Shown here: positions 20,021 through 29,383 of the stretch, one piece after another | Layout: each line of letters opens with the position of its first letter | How positions within the stretch are numbered: position 1 is the first letter of the stretch | NCBI GenBank assembly: GCA_050013395.1 | Contig: JBEKFI010000001.1 | Coordinates: forward strand, 1,004 to 65,003 | Direction: 5' to 3' | From: Verrucomicrobiia bacterium | Lineage (GTDB): Bacteria > Verrucomicrobiota > Verrucomicrobiia > Palsa-1439 | DNA: 64,000 nucleotides | The notes under the pieces: generated by a model | The model's database searches: none | The model's input: only the letters and a program-made list of their open reading frames with translations | Told to the model about the DNA's origin: nothing | Made by a program: the position numbers and the translations under genes

Positions 20021-21925
20021 ATGAAAGCGCGTTCGAGGCTGATTGCGGCCAGCACGCTCATTTGTCTCATCGGCATTCCGGGTGTTTGTCAGGCTGCGCC
20101 CATACACGACGCGGCAGCGAACGGTGATCTTGCAGAGGTCGCGGAGTTTCTCAAGGCAAACACTTCGGTGGTGAATGCCCGAGATGCCGCTGAGCGGACG
20201 CCCCTGCATTATGCGGCGCTCAAAGGGCACAAGGAAGTGGCTGATCTACTCTTGGCCAACGGTGCTGATGCCAATGCTCGGTCCAGTGACGGCAGCACAC
20301 TGCTTCACTTAGCTGCCGGCAATGGTAATAAAGAAGTCGTAGAGGTCTTGCTCAGCAAGGGCGCTGATGCGCATGCCGAAGACGAATCGGGCAAGACCCC
20401 AGCGGTTCGTGCAGAGCAAGGAGGTCACGGTGATCTGGCCGGTCTGCTACTGGATTGCTTCACATTGAAAGAACTCCCTTCGGAGCGGAAAGAAGAAATT
20501 GATCGAGAACTTAGAAAATATGTCGGGGTCGACAAGGGCGAATCCCAAATCGTCGATGCCACCAATCTGGTATACAGTGTCTTTGGGTATTCCGAACAGG
20601 GTGATGAAGTCGACACGAAGACATACCGTTCGACGGGCAAGAAGGGACAAGTTTTCTACGGATACTACGTATCTATTGAGAAGATAAGGCCCGGCGAATC
20701 GATGGGTATAGTCGACGACAAAGGCGTGTTTCATCCCGCTATGAAAGTCGTGAAACACAAAGCGGTGGTGAGGGAGGACTCCGTGCTTTTTCTGAAGGAT
20801 AGTGAAAGGTATGTGTATCACAATGGACAATGGTATGTTTGTGCTAGGAAGGAGCGCGAGAAATCGAGCGCAGCAGCGCTTGATAGTGCAACTTTACGCG
20901 ACTCTCATCCGACTGGAAATGCAGCGGCGAAACCAATAGAGAAACAGACCGTGACTCTGATTGAGGTTCCTACGGGAATGAACGTAACAGAAGCGATAGG
21001 GTCCGGGGCAGGGAAACGCGAGGTAGGGCAGGCGCAGAGCACACCCAGCCAAGGTCGAACATTGGGCGAGTCCTATCTACTGAAAGGCACTCCCGTACAA
21101 TTGGGAAACCGAGTCTGGTTCAACTGGGTGCGGATACGCAAACAAACAAGCGATCAAGGTGAGCGAGCTTACCGGTTTTCCGTACCCGAAGGGCAGTTGG
21201 CGTACAAGTACCTCCAAGAGCATGATGGGCAGATACAAATAGCTGAGGTTTACCCGGGTGGGCGCAACGTATTCGAGATGCCGGAGATAGTGATCCGGGC
21301 AAAGCAAGTTTCGATCAACATGGAGACCACAGGCTTGAAACAGCAGATGGGACAAGACCTAATGCGCATTTTGAGCGAACAAGGACTGGTCAAGAACAAT
21401 GATCTGCTCGATGATGTGATCTTTGTCGCGGCTCGTTTCGCAAAGGTCGAAACAGACTTTGATGTCACTCACTGGATTCCGAAAGTCTCCCTTTCTTTTG
21501 AGTCGGCCAAACCTACCAGTGGCCTTTGGCCGAGGGATCAGGGACCTGCGGTACAAACCGCGTTCGAAGCGTGGCAGATGAGGTACTTCGGCTGTGCCAA
21601 CTGTCCACAGGCGGCGCCGGATGCCGATCCCGACCGCGACGGGATAAGCAACAGGAACGAATTTCTGGCGGGCACTGATCCGGGCAACGAGGCATCGTCG
21701 CTGCGGATCCTTTCCGCCGTGAGAAACGGCGATGACGTTGTGATCACGTGGAGGACGGTGGGAGGGAGGACCAACGTGTTGCAGGCCACGGCTGGCGACA
21801 CGAACGCGTTTATGGACATCAGCAAAGCTATCATCATCGCTGGCACCGGTGACATCGTGACCAACTACATCGACCGTGGTGGCATAGGTCTTCACAAGTA
21901 TTACCGAATCCGCATCGAACCTTAG
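20021..21925 (+). CDS. Secreted ankyrin-repeat protein with large C-terminal domain (DPDRDG calcium-binding-like motif)
   Basis: Signal peptide, then several ankyrin repeats with the TPLHxAA/GH consensus; the segment is lower in GC. Confidence 0.7.
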   Translation: MKARSRLIAASTLICLIGIPGVCQAAPIHDAAANGDLAEVAEFLKANTSVVNARDAAERTPLHYAALKGHKEVADLLLANGADANARSSDGSTLLHLAAGNGNKEVVEVLLSKGADAHAEDESGKTPAVRAEQGGHGDLAGLLLDCFTLKELPSERKEEIDRELRKYVGVDKGESQIVDATNLVYSVFGYSEQGDEVDTKTYRSTGKKGQVFYGYYVSIEKIRPGESMGIVDDKGVFHPAMKVVKHKAVVREDSVLFLKDSERYVYHNGQWYVCARKEREKSSAAALDSATLRDSHPTGNAAAKPIEKQTVTLIEVPTGMNVTEAIGSGAGKREVGQAQSTPSQGRTLGESYLLKGTPVQLGNRVWFNWVRIRKQTSDQGERAYRFSVPEGQLAYKYLQEHDGQIQIAEVYPGGRNVFEMPEIVIRAKQVSINMETTGLKQQMGQDLMRILSEQGLVKNNDLLDDVIFVAARFAKVETDFDVTHWIPKVSLSFESAKPTSGLWPRDQGPAVQTAFEAWQMRYFGCANCPQAAPDADPDRDGISNRNEFLAGTDPGNEASSLRILSAVRNGDDVVITWRTVGGRTNVLQATAGDTNAFMDISKAIIIAGTGDIVTNYIDRGGIGLHKYYRIRIEP

Positions 21926-22104
21926 CTGACAAGTTAGTCGAATGTCGAAAGGTTATTGTGAAAGAGATCGAGTCAAGCCAACCTCTTTGCATCACAGATC
22001 GTTCTCGGATGCCAGACGGGCGTTTCCTTTTCAGTGACTTTCTCTTGAACGTCCTCATCCACCGTCGCGTCGGCCGGACAGCCGGTTGGTGCGCTCGTTT
22101 TCTC

Positions 22105-22127
22105 TGATATATCGCCTAGCGATATAT
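22105..22127. promoter_or_regulatory. AT-rich palindrome gatatatcgcctagcgatatatc (candidate operator)
   Basis: An identical 23-mer recurs at 24653-24675. Confidence 0.4.
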
Positions 22128-22243
22128 CGTCGCTCAGAAGGTCGAGACAAGGACAAACACGCCTCGTTTTCACAACAGATCGGGCCGGCTCAAGAATTGT
22201 GTTTCGAGCGGATTGGCCCTGTGGCAATCTTGTGCAGGTACAC

Positions 22244-22492
22244 ATGAAAAGATTTGGTCACTATGCGATCAAGACGTTGCGGGTCACCAGTTGGCCGCTG
22301 CTGTTTTTGATGCTACTGTATTTGGTGACCGGATTCGCCATGAGCGGCCGGTTCGGGTTTGGAGTCCTGATGAACGAGAAGACAGCGCTTGCGTTTCACA
22401 AGGCGTTGCATGTGCCGTTGCTGATGTTGTTCCCGGTGCATGCTGTCTGCGCGGTTTATCTGGCGATGCGGAGATGGCGATGGATCAAATAG
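22244..22492 (+). CDS. Small two-TM membrane protein overlapping the start of the radical SAM gene
   Basis: Two hydrophobic helices; overlaps the next CDS by 19 bp. Confidence 0.45.
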   Translation: MKRFGHYAIKTLRVTSWPLLFLMLLYLVTGFAMSGRFGFGVLMNEKTALAFHKALHVPLLMLFPVHAVCAVYLAMRRWRWIK

Positions 22493-23817
22493 GGGAGAAT
22501 CCGAAATCGGAAATCCGAAGCCGAGCCACAGGCGAGACCTGCGCAGCAAATCCGAAACGGGTTGGGATCAGCCGGCGCGAGGCGATCGGGTACGGCGTTG
22601 CTGGTTTGGTCTGCCTGGCGGGAGCGAAAGGGCTGATCGACTATTTCCGGCGGTTCTTTGAGAGTGAGAGCCCCGCCGACATTTTCAAGGGCGACGCGCC
22701 GAGCGACGAAGTATGGGCGCTCTGGCAAAAGCGCGGTTGGACAAAAGAGGGTTACCACTACCTCAAGCTCGACCGCAACGTGCAGTGCAAGATCTGCCCG
22801 AACAATTGCATCCTCGCGCCCGGCGACCGCAGCCATTGCCGCAACCGGATCAACCGCAACGGCACGCTCCACACGCTGGCTTACGGCAACCCGTGCAGTT
22901 TTCACGTTGACCCGGTCGAGAAGAAACCGCTGTTCCATTTCCTGCCGGGCACCGCGTCGTTTTCGTTGGCGACCGCTGGTTGCGTGTTCCGTTGCCTGAA
23001 TTGCCAGAACTGGGAAATTTCGCAGAAGAAACCCGAGGAGACGAAGGACCCGCGCGGCCCGGAGTTTCGTTTGCGTCCGCCGGTCCCGGCGGCGTTGAGC
23101 ATGGAACAGATGGCGCGGCTGAGCATGTTCCCGGAAGACGTGGTGGCACTGGCCGGTGAACTGCGCTGTCCTTCGATTTCCTACACTTACTCCGAGCCGG
23201 TTGCCTTTTACGAGTACACGTACGACACGTGCAAGCTCGCCCGTGAGAAGAAAATCAGGAACATCATGGTGACGTGCGGCTCGATCGAAGAGCGGCCGCT
23301 CCGCGACCTGGCTCAATACGTGGACGCCGCACATGTTGATCTGAAGGGATTCGATGAGGACGTTTACTGGAAGCTGAACACAGGACGGCTCAAACCGATT
23401 CTCAACACCTTGAAGACGCTTCAGGACATGGGCGTGTGGTTTGAGATCATCAACCTCGTTGTCCCAACCTATACCGACAAACCGGACACAATCGCGCGGA
23501 TGTGTGATTGGCTGGTGGCGAACATCGGTCCGGATCATCCGATTCACTTCTCCCGGTTCCACCCCGCGCACAAACTCGAACACCTGCCACCGACGCCGGT
23601 GGAAACGCTGTTGCAGGCGCGCGCCATCGCGCAAAAGGCCGGCCTGCGCTACGTGTACGTCGGTAACGTCCGCGGCGTGCCCGACGTCGAAACCACGTTC
23701 TGCCCCGGCTGCAAACGCGCCATCATCGAACGCGACGTGTTTGCCATCACGAGCTTCAACATCGAAGCCGGCCACTGCAAGTTCTGCCAGACCAAGATTG
23801 CCGGCGTGTGGTCGTGA
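22474..23817 (+). CDS. AmmeMemoRadiSam system radical SAM enzyme with ~88-aa N-terminal extension containing an RR/hydrophobic (Tat-like or anchor) segment
   Basis: YHYLKLDRNVQCKICPNNC...GTLHTLAYGN and ATAGCVFRCLNCQNW (CxxxCxxC). The N-terminus reads SRREAIGYGVAGLVCLAGAKG. Part of the extension is encoded by a GAAATCCGAAA-type repeat. Confidence 0.75.
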   Translation: MAMDQIGENPKSEIRSRATGETCAANPKRVGISRREAIGYGVAGLVCLAGAKGLIDYFRRFFESESPADIFKGDAPSDEVWALWQKRGWTKEGYHYLKLDRNVQCKICPNNCILAPGDRSHCRNRINRNGTLHTLAYGNPCSFHVDPVEKKPLFHFLPGTASFSLATAGCVFRCLNCQNWEISQKKPEETKDPRGPEFRLRPPVPAALSMEQMARLSMFPEDVVALAGELRCPSISYTYSEPVAFYEYTYDTCKLAREKKIRNIMVTCGSIEERPLRDLAQYVDAAHVDLKGFDEDVYWKLNTGRLKPILNTLKTLQDMGVWFEIINLVVPTYTDKPDTIARMCDWLVANIGPDHPIHFSRFHPAHKLEHLPPTPVETLLQARAIAQKAGLRYVYVGNVRGVPDVETTFCPGCKRAIIERDVFAITSFNIEAGHCKFCQTKIAGVWS

Positions 23818-24652
23818 ATGCGACTGCGGGATGGGCCGGTCGGGAGAGACCTTTGTTCTGCTGACAGCGCAATACGATCAATGCCCTTGCTTGGGTGGGA
23901 ATTTCTTGTCCCACTCCGCCGGACCACGGATTCCGGGACGGCCTGCGCCGGGAACATGGCTACCAAAACCACTCCCATTCCATTCGGGCTTGTAGTGATG
24001 AATCAGGTAATCCTCGGCGGCCTCGACCATCCAATCCTCTTTGGTGATGAGGAAGCGGCACTTTAGCCGACGCGGATGGCGGGAGGAACGGGCCGCCGGA
24101 GCCGTTGCTCATTTTCGCGGCGGCGCGTCGCGTGCCGCTGCAGCAGTTGGTGAAGGAATTGAACCGTGCGATGCGTGGCGAATGAAAGGAGGGACAGACT
24201 GGTCGCGGCAAGAATGCTGCTCCCACGGGGGAAGTGACGGCGGAGACGCTTTACAGGCGGTTTGTGGCGGCAGCACCGATCACGATTTTGCGGTTGGGCG
24301 GGTGGCAAGCCGCTCTGCTTCGCAGAAAAACAAAGCCAAGAACCACGAACCGGATAGGAGATTATCTCTTTGCCCGGCGTGTTGCCGCCGCGTTTCTCGC
24401 AATCTCCGCTCGTTGCTTCGCTGCAAGGCTGGCGGCTCTCGCTTTGCCGCCCTTGCTTGCTCCAAGCTTGCAGGCGGCGGTCGGCGGCATTGCAGGGCGC
24501 GTCTTCGCCTCCTGCAATTCCTCGCGAACTCGGTTCGTTCAGTCGATCTGGTGTTCACTGCCGTTGCCGCCCTGCGGACTCCACCACAGCCGGATTCACA
24601 GACACCTGTCACTGGCAGGTATCATGCCCAGACAGCAGGCGCTTTGGTCTTG

Positions 24653-24715
24653 ATATATCGCCTAGCGATATATCAGCGCGAGACGGGCGTTGATACATCG
24701 GTATCCGATGTATCA
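24653..24715. promoter_or_regulatory. Two adjacent palindromes: gatatatcgcctagcgatatatc and gatacatcggtatccgatgtatc
   Basis: Perfect or near-perfect inverted repeats in a noncoding stretch. Confidence 0.4.
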
Positions 24716-24867
24716 TCGGCGGGCGACAAGAGTGGACGGGGTCGCGTGAGGCGCAGCGGTTTCGGGTTTGCCGTTCTCGCTTTTAGGATCCGCGCTGATC
24801 TGCGTTTGCCCGTGGCTGATTTCTTCTTCGTGGTTTTCGTGTGCTCCGCGGTGAAATGGAGGAGCTA

Positions 24868-25050
24868 ATCCCGCTCACGTGCTTGCTGTTTCCGCATCGC
24901 CAAGTAATAGATCACCGGCACAGCCATGCGCGACAACAGAAGCGAAGCGATTTCGCCGGCCATCAACGAGACCGCCAAGCCTTGAAAAATCGGGTCGAAG
25001 AGAATGACGCTTGCACCAACGACCACGGCGGCAGCCGTAGCAATCTCGCC
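24868..25050 (-). pseudogene. C-terminal remnant of an RND efflux transporter
   Basis: The translation ...[50 protein letters not shown] resembles AcrB/CzcA C-termini. It has no start and the upstream part is absent. Confidence 0.4.
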
Positions 25051-25054
25051 TGCG

Positions 25055-25288
25055 TCACTTCGCGTTGGCCGGTGGGGCAGGTTTGTTCAGACAGCAAGCG
25101 CCATTGCCGATGCCGAATTTATACAAGAGACGTTTCATCAGGCACCAGTCCGTGATGCCTGCCACCACCAGGTTCGCGCCGACGAAGGCCGTGAACCAGA
25201 GCCAGTTCACGTTGACCCAATGGGCCAACGCGAGGCTGATGAGGATAAAACTGCCGGCGATGATGCGGATGTAGCGTTCGAGAGTCAT
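25055..25288 (-). CDS. DUF2892 (YgaP-like) small inner-membrane protein
   Basis: [19 protein letters not shown]...[21 protein letters not shown]; a paralogue lies at 32456-32644. Confidence 0.65.
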   Translation of the reverse strand: MTLERYIRIIAGSFILISLALAHWVNVNWLWFTAFVGANLVVAGITDWCLMKRLLYKFGIGNGACCLNKPAPPANAK

Positions 25289-25312
25289 GGGATGCTCCTC
25301 CTGTGTTTCGTT

Positions 25313-25480
25313 AGCGAAAAGAACCGGCGAACAGGTCGCCCAGCAATATGCCGCCCAGTGTGCTGATCCACGGGTTGCTTGTCAACGGGCATGCGCCTGT
25401 CGCGCAGCCAATGAACCGGTAATTGGCAAATCCAATCAACCCACCGACGAGAATGCCTGCGATAATCTTGGTAATCATGG
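25313..25480 (-). CDS. 55-aa membrane mini-protein with CxxxxCP motif
   Basis: Hand translation gives MITKIIAGILVGGLIGFANYRFIGCATGACPLTSNPWISTLGGILLGDLFAGSFR. It is under the 60-aa ORF cutoff. A degenerate paralogue lies at 32660-32770. Confidence 0.5.
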
Positions 25481-25717
25481 TCGATGTGTGTCCTTACAGT
25501 GTTGGCGCAAGGCGGCATGCAAACGGTCGTGGAACTGCGCGGGCAACTCGTACGGCTGACCGTTCTTGTAGAGCGTGATGGTCTTGCGGATGTTGTCCAC
25601 GACGATCTGGCAGGGATTGCAGCCCGCCAGATGTTTCTCGAACTCGTCGCAGATGGCCGGGTCAGCCGTGCCGTCCACGTACTCGTTCAGCAGCGCCAAT
25701 AGTTCTTCGCATTTCAT
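25475..25717 (-). CDS. zf-HC2 (RsrA/ChrR-like) anti-sigma factor
   Basis: HLAGCNPCQ HxxxCxxC zinc motif; 80 aa. Confidence 0.65.
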   Translation of the reverse strand: MKCEELLALLNEYVDGTADPAICDEFEKHLAGCNPCQIVVDNIRKTITLYKNGQPYELPAQFHDRLHAALRQHCKDTHRP

Positions 25718-25926
25718 GGTTCACTCTGCACTGAGCCGCGAAGACGGGAAAGGTTACAGGGAAACATAGAAGATCTTTTGGCAGGGGAACGCGTTTGCCG
25801 GCAAACCAAGAGAGGAGCGCGGTTCTTGGTCAACGACTCGCGGCGAGGGACGCGCGGCCATGGTCGCGCTTGGTATGATTAGCTATCACGAAGCGGACGT
25901 GGACTTTTCCAAGCACGGATGGACAT

Positions 25927-26478
25927 GTGCAGTCCAAACTCTGTGGGAACTATGTAAGTCTGAAACTAGACGACCTCGATCCTGTGTCTCTGAAGGCCAC
26001 GGCGAATCATGCGCGCGCGTGGATCGAGGGGCGTGAGAGGCAGAAAGAGGCTGGTTTCATCTTCGTTTCGTGGTTTGCTTCTCGGCAGCTTTCGCGCGAG
26101 GAAAAGTTGGATCTACAAAGTGCTGCTGCGATCTGGGTTGAAAATAATAGTTCGCACTTTACCGGATCTGTCCTCGCCGTTGCATTGCGCCTGCCGACTG
26201 CGTCGCCGAGAGAAGAAGCCACGCTCTTGTCTCGAGCGCGTTCATGGCTTCAGGCGCACTCGGACAAAACATCCGCAGCTGAGGCTATCACCGCGTTGAT
26301 AGAAAGACCCTGTATAAGTTCGCACCTTCGAGATGAGGCGGTACAGCTCGCTTTGGGTCTCGCTTGGCGCACGAATCCTAATACTGTTCGAAATGCCTTG
26401 GAGGCGGCACGGGAGCTACTTCCGAAAACCAGCCTGATAAGAGAAGAGATTGACAAAGTGCTTGATGCAGGCACCTGA
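25927..26478 (+). CDS. Hypothetical helical protein on a lower-GC patch
   Basis: ORF with no recognisable motifs. Confidence 0.35.
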   Translation: MQSKLCGNYVSLKLDDLDPVSLKATANHARAWIEGRERQKEAGFIFVSWFASRQLSREEKLDLQSAAAIWVENNSSHFTGSVLAVALRLPTASPREEATLLSRARSWLQAHSDKTSAAEAITALIERPCISSHLRDEAVQLALGLAWRTNPNTVRNALEAARELLPKTSLIREEIDKVLDAGT

Positions 26479-26689
26479 AATGGAGTGTGTCGGTTGCTGG
26501 CGTTCTGATGGCGTCTGATCGCTGCCGCATGCTTGGCAAAGGCGATCACAAAGTACATCTCCGAAGCAACGTTGACATTGTGTGGCAGCGAGATCTCACA
26601 AAGAAACGACGGACGCGCCGCTTCACGAAGGTGGCCTACAGGCATTTATGCGGCAGTTTTCAGCAGAGCTGCGGCGGTCATCAATGCCC

Positions 26690-26860
26690 GTGTGGCGTGA
26701 TGCGCTTGTGTTCGTCGCCGAAGGCGCGGGTGAGTTGTTCGCGGAGTTGGAGCCGGGCGCGGAGGAGGCGGACTTTGACGTTGGCTTCGCTCAGGTCAAG
26801 CGCGTCGGCGGTTTCCTTCACGGACAAACCTTCGACATCGCGCAGGAGGAACAATTGGGC
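26690..26860 (-). pseudogene. Fragment duplicating the 3' end (region 4) of the ECF sigma factor gene
   Basis: About 170 bp near-identical to 28742-28890 (tcgccgaaggcgcgggtgagttg...ttgacgttggcttcgct...tccttcac), with no start. Confidence 0.5.
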
Positions 26861-26872
26861 GAGAGGCCTGCC

Positions 26873-28549
26873 CTATCGCCGCTTTGACGCGGGCGAGCGC
26901 AGCTTCTTGCGCAGTTCTTCCTTGATACGTTGGATATGGCCGCGGCCGAGCGCCTTGACTTCGCAGCCCAACTCGAAGTAGCGCCGAATCTTGTCGTCGC
27001 TCAGAATCCCGTAGCAATCGATCACCGCCAGCGGTCCGCCCGCCCACTTGACCACGTCGTCGGGCTGCAACGCCAGATACGCGGCGTGCGGCACGGCGAA
27101 GATCACCGCCTCGGCGTGGTCGAGCACGGCCTTGAGATCCTTCTGGACGCGAACGTTGACCAGCTCGTTTTGGCTGCGGAAAAATCGTTTCCACGAGTGC
27201 CCCGGTGCGGGATAGGTGTCCTGTTTCTCCAACTCGTACCAGTGGTCGACGTACGGATCGTGAACGCGCATCTCGGCGCCCATCTCGGTCAGTTTGCGCA
27301 CGACCATCTCGCTGCCGCTGTAACGCGTGTCGCCCACGTCCTGACGATAACTGGCGCCGCAGATGACTACGTCGGCGCCGGCGATGTAACGGCCCATGTT
27401 CCGCAACGCGTCGCGGGTCAACTCGGCCACGTGCAGGCCGCGCGTGTCGTTTACGTCGATCGCCGTCGGCGTGATCTTGAACACGCTGTCGCCGTCCTCG
27501 AACCCGAGGATGTGCTTGTACGCCCAGTAACCGAGCCCGCCGTCCTTCGGCAAACAGTAACCGCCGATGCCAGGGCCGGGGAAAATGATGTTGCTGTGGG
27601 TGGGGCGCATCTTGATCGCGTTGATGACCTTGATCAGGTCCACGCCGTTGCGCTCCGCGAACACACTCCACTCGTTGAGGAACGCGAGGATCGTGGCCCT
27701 GTACGAGTTTTCGACGATCTTGGTCGTCTCCGACTCGATGGGCCGATCCATAACGGTCAGCGGATAATCCCTCGTGTTCAGCACCTCGTGGAGGAACTTT
27801 CCGACGCGCTGGCGCGCCCTGGTGTTGCAGCCGGCGCAGACCCGCCAGAAATCACGAATGCTCGCGACGTATTCGCGCCCGGGCATGACCCGCTCGAAAC
27901 TGTGAGCCAGCAACGGCTCGGACTTGATGCCCCGCGCTGCAAACGCCTTCTTCAGAATGGGCCACGCCACAAATTCCGTAGTGCCCGGTGCCACAGTGGT
28001 TTCGATGAGCACGAGGCAGTTGGCCGTGATCTTTTCACCGATGGTACGCATCGTCGCTTCCAGCGCAACCATGTCGGCCTCGCCCGTGCGCATGTCGCCG
28101 AGGCTTTGCTTGGCGTAATCGCATTGCACGTCCACCACGACGCAGTCGGCGAGCTTCAGGCAATTGCTGTTGTAAGTGGCCGTCAGCGTCTTTTTCTCCA
28201 GCACGCAGCGGGAAATGATTTGGTCCACCTCGGGATCTTCGGCTTTCACGGGCGATTGTCCCCGGTTCAACAACGCGATTTTCCAGAAGCTGCGCGTGCT
28301 GGGCCGCTGGCAACCGATGACGAACTTGCTAGGCCGCCCTTTCTTGTCCACGGTATCGGCCACGATGGCCGCCATCACCGCGCCGACGAAACCGACACCC
28401 ATCACGACGACGATTTCCTTGCCTTCCTTGCGGGCCCGGCGCGCCAGTTTTTCGAGGCGCGCAAACTCGGGCGGGTAATCCTTTTCCCTGGGAAGCGGAA
28501 TCTTCTCGCCGCTGGGGCTAAGTGAATACTCGATGCTGTTCTCTGCCAT
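26873..28549 (-). CDS. Nucleotide-sugar dehydrogenase (UDP-glucose/GDP-mannose dehydrogenase family)
   Basis: GVGFVGA Rossmann motif; catalytic-Cys region GGYCLPKD. Confidence 0.8.
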   Translation of the reverse strand: MAENSIEYSLSPSGEKIPLPREKDYPPEFARLEKLARRARKEGKEIVVVMGVGFVGAVMAAIVADTVDKKGRPSKFVIGCQRPSTRSFWKIALLNRGQSPVKAEDPEVDQIISRCVLEKKTLTATYNSNCLKLADCVVVDVQCDYAKQSLGDMRTGEADMVALEATMRTIGEKITANCLVLIETTVAPGTTEFVAWPILKKAFAARGIKSEPLLAHSFERVMPGREYVASIRDFWRVCAGCNTRARQRVGKFLHEVLNTRDYPLTVMDRPIESETTKIVENSYRATILAFLNEWSVFAERNGVDLIKVINAIKMRPTHSNIIFPGPGIGGYCLPKDGGLGYWAYKHILGFEDGDSVFKITPTAIDVNDTRGLHVAELTRDALRNMGRYIAGADVVICGASYRQDVGDTRYSGSEMVVRKLTEMGAEMRVHDPYVDHWYELEKQDTYPAPGHSWKRFFRSQNELVNVRVQKDLKAVLDHAEAVIFAVPHAAYLALQPDDVVKWAGGPLAVIDCYGILSDDKIRRYFELGCEVKALGRGHIQRIKEELRKKLRSPASKRR

Positions 28550-28615
28550 GGTTTGGGTTCTCCCGTTCTGTGAGGCGGAAGCTAAGGGATTGGCGGCGGT
28601 TTGTCAGCCAGAATC

Positions 28616-29197
28616 TCATTCTCCCGGCTTCATTTCCTTGTTGCTCTTCGCCTCCTGACTCGTCTTGGCGGAGACCGGGAACTGCGCTCCTCTTGAACTG
28701 GGACCGCTCTGCAATGCTGTCTTCTCAACCTTGGAGAGACGGTGTCGAGTCTCATCGCCGAAGGCGCGGGTGAGTTGCTCGCGCAGTTGGAGCCGAGCGC
28801 GCAGCAGGCGCACCTTGACGTTGGCTTCGCTGATGTCCAAAGCTTCCGCCGTCTCCTTCACCGACAATCCTTCGATATCCCGCAGCAGGAAAACGACGCG
28901 GTGGCTTTCGTCGAGCGCGGTCAACGCGTCGTCGATCAGGCGGGCCGTTTCATTGCGTTGGGCGAGTTGTTCGGGAGATTCGCGCCAGTCGGCAATGTAT
29001 TCGGGGTGCGGAATCGCGCCGCTTTCTTCGCTTGATTCGGTTGCTTCTTCGAGGGAAACGCTCGGCAGACCTTTGCGTTTGCGGATGACCTTTAGCGCGG
29101 CGTGGGTGGCGATGCGCGAGAGCCAGGTGCCAAAACTCGCTTCTTCGCGGAAGTCGGCGAGGCGTTCCAGCGCGCTGAGGAAGGCCTCTTGCGTCAC
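28616..29197 (-). CDS. ECF-type RNA polymerase sigma-70 factor
   Basis: Region 2 and region 4 (VFLLRDIEGLSVKETAEALDISEANVKVRLLRAR). Confidence 0.85.
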   Translation of the reverse strand: MTQEAFLSALERLADFREEASFGTWLSRIATHAALKVIRKRKGLPSVSLEEATESSEESGAIPHPEYIADWRESPEQLAQRNETARLIDDALTALDESHRVVFLLRDIEGLSVKETAEALDISEANVKVRLLRARLQLREQLTRAFGDETRHRLSKVEKTALQSGPSSRGAQFPVSAKTSQEAKSNKEMKPGE

Positions 29198-29383
29198 GTC
29201 TTCGGCGTCCTGTTGGTTGGCCGGTGATGCGGCGCGCGAGCGTGTAGATCCGTCGTTCGTGGCGGTTTGACCAATTCCTCGAACGCGCCGAGGTCGCCCG
29301 CCCGGGCGCGTCCGACCAGCCCGCCATCGTCACTCGGGCGGGCAAGCTCGGCATCTGGGAGGGACTCCATCTCGGAACGCCGA

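Noticed and set aside
24041-24868. 275-aa ORF in the 23.8-25.0 kb gap
   Set aside because: Arg/Ala/Gly-rich low-complexity translation of noncoding GC-rich DNA. The region instead contains palindromes and an RND gene remnant.
26930-28525. 531-aa plus-strand ORF and the overlapping 26796-27671 minus-strand ORF
   Set aside because: The first is antisense to the nucleotide-sugar dehydrogenase and the second is an alternative frame of it. Only the frame with the GxGxxG motif and catalytic Cys is meaningful.
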